Part shown: positions 27,771 to 33,478 of the stretch, piece by piece
Layout: every line of letters starts with the position of its first letter
How positions within the stretch are numbered: position 1 is the first letter of the stretch
Source of the DNA: a virus
Taxonomy: Duplodnaviria; Caudoviricetes
Virus record (IMG/VR): IMGVR_UViG_3300020294_000017
Location: 1-33,478 of that record
Length of the DNA: 33,478 bases
Strand: one strand, 5' to 3'
Made by a program: the position numbers and the translations under genes
Notes under the pieces: generated by a model
Told to the model about the DNA's origin: nothing
Seen by the model: the letters and a program-made list of their open reading frames with translations, nothing else
Database searches by the model: none

Positions 27771-30700
27771 ATGCCTTTAAATAAATTAGAGAATTTCATA
27801 AAGAATACTGAAGGACGTATTCTATATGTAAACCCAAATGACCTTGATGCTACTGATGGTATCGAGAATCAAGGTAATTCGTTAACGAAACCTTTCAAGA
27901 CTATACAGAGAGCACTGATAGAGTCTGCGAGATTTTCATATTTAGAAGGTAATGATAACGATATAGTAGAAAAAACAACAATATTACTTTTTCCTGGTGA
28001 GCATTTAATTGATAATAGACCAGGATTTGGAATTAAAAATGTTTCTGGAGATGCTAGGGCAGTTTCTCCAACAGGAAGTATCAGTACAGCAGGTGCTACA
28101 GAGACATTTACTTTAACTTTAAACTCTAATTTTGATTTAACACAAGAAGATAATATACTTTATAAGTTCAATAGTGTTCATGGTGGTGTTGTCGTACCTC
28201 GTGGTACATCTATTGTTGGACTAGATTTAAGAAAGACGAAAGTAAGACCAAAATACGTTCCTAACCCAACAGATGATAATGTACCAAATTCTGCTTTATT
28301 CAGAATAACTGGTGCTTGCTATTTCTGGCAATTCTCCATGTTTGATGGTGATGAGACTGGATTAGTTTATACTGATAATACTGACTTTGGTGTTACTAAT
28401 CAATCAAAACCAACATTTTCTCACCATAAATTAACTTGTTTTGAGTATGCTGATGGTGTTAATACTATTGATAGTTTCCAATTAACTGATCTTCAGGTTT
28501 ACTATAGTAAGTTATCAAACGCATTTAATAGAGCATCTACAAGAGAGATTACTCAAAAGTATCCATTAAACCCAGAAGCATTTGCTCCACAAAGACCTGA
28601 GTTTGAGATTGTTGGTGCTTTTGCTACTGATGATAAAGCTATTTCAAGAATTGTTGCTGGTGATGGTGCTACTGCTGGTAGTGTTGTTACTGTTACAACT
28701 TCATTACCACATGAACTCAGTTCTGGAACACCGATTAAAGTCAATGGAGTTAATGTAACTGACTTTAATATCTCTACTAAAGTACAAACTGTAATAGATG
28801 ATAATAGGTTTACATATCAATTACCTTATGTAAGACCTAATCTACCTGCAGGACCTTCTGCTGGTTTAAGTGGTTCTGGTGCATTTATTGCTGTTGAAAC
28901 TGATACCGTTACTGGTGCTTCTCCATATATCTTTAACTGTTCATTGAGATCAGTTTATGGTATGTGTGGTATGCATGCTGATGGTAATAAAGCAACTGGA
29001 TTCAAATCAATGGTTGTGGCACAGTTTACTGGTGTCTCGCTACAAAAGGATGATCGTGCTTTTGCTGAATATAATCCTACTAATAGATCTTATGATAAGA
29101 TATCTTATTCTAAACAGACTGGTGAGAAATTAGCATCTGAATCATCATCACAAATTAATGAAACAGTATATCATTTAAAATCTTCTGCTGTTTATAGGGA
29201 AGGATGGAAGACTGTTCATGTTAGAGTATCTAATGATTCAGTTATTCAGGTTGTTTCTGTATTCGCAATTGGATACCACATGCACTTCCTTATGGAGTCG
29301 GGTGGTGATGCTTCAATTACAAACTCAAACTCAAACTTCGGACAGTTTGCTTTGGGTGCTGACGGATTTAAAAAGAATGCTTTTGAGAAAGATGATAAAG
29401 GATATGTAACTAATATAATTGGTCCTAAAGCGATTACTGCGGATGAATCTAATGTTGAATGGTTACAGCTAGATAAAGTTAGAACTCAACAAATTTATGA
29501 TGCATGTTCTCCTACTGGTACTAATACTGGTGGAGTTAATCCAGATCCTAATTCAAACGTTGGTACATCAATAAATGTCGCTGACTTTGCTGATAGTCCA
29601 AAGAAACGTTTGTATCTTCTAGGACAGACTAACCCATCTATACCACCATCTGATATTGCCCAAGGATTTAGAATTGGTGCTAAATTTGATGAAAAACTAT
29701 ATGTTAATGAAGTTGCTAATGTAGCAACCATTTACATGTCAAATGGTGTCTTAACCAGTACTGAAACAAATACATTGAATGATGGTATTTCATCTGAGAA
29801 AGCATATGTATCTGTTCTTCATTCCAATTCAATTAATAATGTTAACCCATCAAAATATGAAATAAGTGATGCTGGTGGTCATCAATTATTGAATGGAGAA
29901 TCTATAAGAATAATTGCTGAATCTGGTAGATTACCTGAAGGATTAGATCCACATCAAGTATATTTCGCTATCACAAAGGCTGGTGATTCTACTTTAGGGT
30001 CTAATGAAATAAGAATAGCATCATCAAGAGCAAACTCTGAATTAGCAACTCCTGAATATATAAAAACTATTTCTGATCATTCTGCAGGTAATTTAAAAAT
30101 TATTAGTAGAGTATCTGACAAGAAACCTGGTGAGATAGGACATCCAATTCAATTTGATGATACTAAGTATAGATCTGCTATAGAAGATGTAAATAATGGT
30201 ATTACCATAGCCAATGGAGCAGAATTTAAGACTGTAGTTGGTGGTTGGTTTGTTCATGTTAATTTTGACAACCCAATTAATGCTAAATTAATAGCTCTTA
30301 CAGGAACGACTGGTGCATTTAGTGGTGATGAAATACCATACTTCACTAGAAAATCTGATAATAGAAGTTTAGATGAGAAACTTTATAAGATTAGATATGT
30401 TGTACCTAAAGAATTAGTAGATGCTAAAGATCCAACCGATGGATTCATTTTACAGGAATCTAGTACTGTAAATTATGTTAAAGATGATGATTTTGAGAAA
30501 ACTACTGTTGGGTTGGGTAATCTAGATCCATCTAATTTTGATGCTGGTTATCTATTAAAACGTAACCCTAGATTCATATCATTCTTAACTTACGATGGTA
30601 ATTCTAAAATTGCTACAGTTAGAACTGATAGACCACATGATATGAAATCAGGTGAGCAAGTTGTAATTCGTGGTATACAAAGTTCAACTAACCCAACAGG

Positions 30701-33478
30701 ATTATTTGATAAAGAATATAACGGTACTTTCAAAGTAGAAAGTGTAATTGATGATAAGACTTATACTTATAAAGTTATTAAATTAGTAGATGGGCAACCA
30801 GTAGGTGATACAATTACTGTTGGTACATATGTCAATATAAGTCACACTAGAAATAGAAGTGTTCCTACATTTGAAAGAAATGATAATAAAGAGAATTTAT
30901 TCATCTATCGTACAGAAACAATATCACCATACAAATATAAAGTAACCGATGGTATCTATCATCTTTATGTTTTAAATGGTAACAATAAGATGGAGGAGGA
31001 GTTTACAAATGCCTCTTATAATCAGAATATTGTTGATCTTTATCCACAATTAGATAGAGATAATCCTGTAGAAAACCCACAGGAAGCACAATCTTATGCA
31101 GAGTTAGCACCAATAGGTCAAGTTGTAACCAACGATCTTAAAAAGAGTATTACAAGAGAAACAGCAAATGTTTTCATGAATACTTTTGGTGTTAGTAAAA
31201 AAATTGATAGTGTATCTAGTAGTGCTACAAGTCCTGTAATAAGTTTAGATACTGAGCACCAGTTAAATGGATTGAAGCACATTACTAAAACTGATGGTAC
31301 ACAATCATTTACTAGTACTCTTAATGCTTCAGCTCCACATGGTGCTGATGGTACTTATCATAATATAAAACTATTCTCTAGTTCTGTTTCCCCTGCTTCT
31401 GCTCCTTGGAAGGGAGCAACTGCTTCTATCACGATTGATAGTCAAGTTGCTATAGCAGTTACAGTCACAGAAGGTGGTTCTGGATATGCTGCTGGTGATG
31501 TATTGTACCCAGATTCTTCTGCTACTACTTCAGGTGGTATTGGAGGAGCACCAACTAATACTTCAGTTAGTATTTTAACTGAGCATTTATCAATAGTAGA
31601 CGATACAACTTATGTTCAAATAACTGGTATAACAACTGGTACTGATTCATATCATAGGGTAAGGGACACTCCTTCAGAGAAACAAATAACACTTTATGAT
31701 CATGCTGATAATGTTACTATTTTACCTGGACAACAAGCAGTACCATTAGGTAAGTATTCAACTATTGATACTCTTACTACAGGTACTCCAGTTGATAATG
31801 TTGTTACTACAACTGTAACTACAACTTCTCCTCATGGTTTGTTGAGAGGAAATGCAATTTGTATTCTTGACACTGCTGATAAAAAGGTCGGTGATTTTAT
31901 TGTTAATGAGGTTACTCCAAATAGTAATGAATTTAAGATAGTTACTACAGGAGTTACTTTAACTAATCCTCAGTATATTCTTAAGCATGGATTATCTGCT
32001 AGTGATGCTATTTCAGGAAAAGCAGGTGAGAATCTTGGTGTAAGGGGTGCAACTCTATATGGTGGAGATACTTTAGTATTAGGTGAGAGTATTGATACTG
32101 ATCAATCATTTATAGTAAAACTTTCTAATGGTAATGGTGCTAGAGGAACAGTAACAGGAACATATGATGCTACTAATGGATCTCCTGTTCCAACTGGTAC
32201 GAGTGCTATTACTATTAATTCTGCTGGTAATGGTTATGATTCTACAAATCCACCAACTGTTAGTATTAAGGGTTCTGGAACTGGTGCAACAGCAACAGCA
32301 ACTGTAACTGCTGGTAAGATTACTGGAATAAATGTTACTGCTGGTGGTTCTGGATATACTTCTACACCTACAGTTTCCTTTATTGATAGTGGTATTACTT
32401 TATCGACAGGAAGTGCCAATGAAAAAATTGCTAAGAGATCATCTGTTGAATCTAGATTCCCAGTTGGAACTTACATACAGATTGGAAGTGAGATTTTAAG
32501 GATAACTGCTACTTCCTTAACAGGAACTAATGAAGATAAAATATCTGTAATTCGTGGTGCTTTAGGTACAAATATAGCAGATCATAATTCTGGTGTATTA
32601 ATCAATAAGATTAAACCTCTAGCAATGGAGGTTCGTAGACCTTCTATATTGAGGGCATCTGGTCATACGTTTGAATATCTTGGTTATGGTCCAGGTAACT
32701 ATTCAACGGGTTTACCACAGATAACCAAGAGAACTCTAACTGAAAGAGAAGAGTTCCTATCACAGTCACAAGAAACATCTTGTGGTACTGTTGTTTACAC
32801 AGGTATGAACGATAAGGGTGATTTCTACATTGGAAACACCAAGATCTCTGCTGATAGTGGTGAACAAGTCACATTTGATATTCCAATTCCAACTGTAACT
32901 GGTGAAGATCCAAGTAAGTTGAGTGTTGTATTTGATGAAGTAATCGTTAAAGAGAGATTACTTGTTGAGGGTGGAGCATCTAAACAGATTCTATCTCAGT
33001 TTGATGGTCCTGTTACATTCAACGCTGCTGTAAGATTTAATGCTGATCTAAACTTAACTAAGAAGTTGAGTGTTAAAGATACTGCAACCTTCCTTAAAGA
33101 TACTGAGGCTACTCTAGATTGTTCTACTAAGTCTCAAAATGGTGGTGTTATTGTTAAGGGTGGAGTTTCTATTCTTAAGAATCTGCTCACTTGTGAACAG
33201 ATAAGAACATATTATGATCAAGATTCTACTTCTAGTAGTGTAGGATCTATTGTTACTGCTGGTGGTGTTGGTATTGGTAAAGCATTATTTGTAGGAACAA
33301 CATTAAATGTAGTTGGTGTTACTAACCTTAATGGTGATGTTAATCTTGGTGATGATGTTAATACTGATGAGGTATCATTTAATTCTAAGGTTAATACTAA
33401 TTTACTTCCATCAACAAATGGTAGTAAAACACTTGGTAATTCTGGTAATAAGTGGGGTAATCTTTTCGCCTCTGCTGC
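27771..33478 (+). CDS. Very large virion structural protein (>1900 aa, 3'-truncated) with beta-helix-like and fibre-like regions
   Basis: Starts MPLNKLENFIKNTEGRILYVNPNDLDATD...KPFKTIQRAL. The same frame reads protein-like at the window end (PSTNGSKTLGNSGNKWGNLFA). Absence from the ORF track is consistent with no stop inside the window; not every codon was checked by eye. Confidence 0.88.
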   Translation, partial: MPLNKLENFIKNTEGRILYVNPNDLDATDGIENQGNSLTKPFKTIQRALIESARFSYLEGNDNDIVEKTTILLFPGEHLIDNRPGFGIKNVSGDARAVSPTGSISTAGATETFTLTLNSNFDLTQEDNILYKFNSVHGGVVVPRGTSIVGLDLRKTKVRPKYVPNPTDDNVPNSALFRITGACYFWQFSMFDGDETGLVYTDNTDFGVTNQSKPTFSHHKLTCFEYADGVNTIDSFQLTDLQVYYSKLSNAFNRASTREITQKYPLNPEAFAPQRPEFEIVGAFATDDKAISRIVAGDGATAGSVVTVTTSLPHELSSGTPIKVNGVNVTDFNISTKVQTVIDDNRFTYQLPYVRPNLPAGPSAGLSGSGAFIAVETDTVTGASPYIFNCSLRSVYGMCGMHADGNKATGFKSMVVAQFTGVSLQKDDRAFAEYNPTNRSYDKISYSKQTGEKLASESSSQINETVYHLKSSAVYREGWKTVHVRVSNDSVIQVVSVFAIGYHMHFLMESGGDASITNSNSNFGQFALGADGFKKNAFEKDDKGYVTNIIGPKAITADESNVEWLQLDKVRTQQIYDACSPTGTNTGGVNPDPNSNVGTSINVADFADSPKKRLYLLGQTNPSIPPSDIAQGFRIGAKFDEKLYVNEVANVATIYMSNGVLTSTETNTLNDGISSEKAYVSVLHSNSINNVNPSKYEISDAGGHQLLNGESIRIIAESGRLPEGLDPHQVYFAITKAGDSTLGSNEIRIASSRANSELATPEYIKTISDHSAGNLKIISRVSDKKPGEIGHPIQFDDTKYRSAIEDVNNGITIANGAEFKTVVGGWFVHVNFDNPINAKLIALTGTTGAFSGDEIPYFTRKSDNRSLDEKLYKIRYVVPKELVDAKDPTDGFILQESSTVNYVKDDDFEKTTVGLGNLDPSNFDAGYLLKRNPRFISFLTYDGNSKIATVRTDRPHDMKSGEQVVIRGIQSSTNPTGLFDKEYNGTFKVESVIDDKTYTYKVIKLVDGQPVGDTITVGTYVNISHTRNRSVPTFERNDNKENLFIYRTETISPYKYKVTDGIYHLYVLNGNNKMEEEFTNASYNQNIVDLYPQLDRDNPVENPQEAQSYAELAPIGQVVTNDLKKSITRETANVFMNTFGVSKKIDSVSSSATSPVISLDTEHQLNGLKHITKTDGTQSFTSTLNASAPHGADGTYHNIKLFSSSVSPASAPWKGATASITIDSQVAIAVTVTEGGSGYAAGDVLYPDSSATTSGGIGGAPTNTSVSILTEHLSIVDDTTYVQITGITTGTDSYHRVRDTPSEKQITLYDHADNVTILPGQQAVPLGKYSTIDTLTTGTPVDNVVTTTVTTTSPHGLLRGNAICILDTADKKVGDFIVNEVTPNSNEFKIVTTGVTLTNPQYILKHGLSASDAISGKAGENLGVRGATLYGGDTLVLGESIDTDQSFIVKLSNGNGARGTVTGTYDATNGSPVPTGTSAITINSAGNGYDSTNPPTVSIKGSGTGATATATVTAGKITGINVTAGGSGYTSTPTVSFIDSGITLSTGSANEKIAKRSSVESRFPVGTYIQIGSEILRITATSLTGTNEDKISVIRGALGTNIADHNSGVLINKIKPLAMEVRRPSILRASGHTFEYLGYGPGNYSTGLPQITKRTLTEREEFLSQSQETSCGTVVYTGMNDKGDFYIGNTKISADSGEQVTFDIPIPTVTGEDPSKLSVVFDEVIVKERLLVEGGASKQILSQFDGPVTFNAAVRFNADLNLTKKLSVKDTATFLKDTEATLDCSTKSQNGGVIVKGGVSILKNLLTCEQIRTYYDQDSTSSSVGSIVTAGGVGIGKALFVGTTLNVVGVTNLNGDVNLGDDVNTDEVSFNSKVNTNLLPSTNGSKTLGNSGNKWGNLFASA

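Overview
AT-rich fragment of a T4-like marine myovirus, most consistent with a cyanomyovirus (Kyanoviridae; Prochlorococcus/Synechococcus phage-like). It starts in the 3' end of gp32 (ssDNA-binding protein). Next is an inserted trio of paralogous modular proteins (shared ~200-aa N-terminus, three unrelated C-termini), followed by the tail/baseplate cluster: gp53, gp48, gp2-like and gp4 on the minus strand; then gp54-like, gp26, gp51, two tape-measure-like proteins, a gp27-like hub and a split gp5 on the plus strand. A fibre/structural block follows, with two Gly-Pro-Pro collagen-like fibres, a fibre chaperone and two prolyl-4-hydroxylase-like 2OG-Fe(II) oxygenases, then two small ORFs behind a consensus sigma70 promoter and a >1900-codon structural ORF that runs off the window. 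Best candidates for undescribed biology: (1) a canonical -1 ribosomal frameshift signal (T TTT TTC, 5-nt spacer, 11-bp hairpin) that would fuse gp26 to gp51, like lambda gpG/gpGT; (2) a collagen-fibre plus prolyl-hydroxylase module. All product calls come from motif recognition and gene order; no searches were run.
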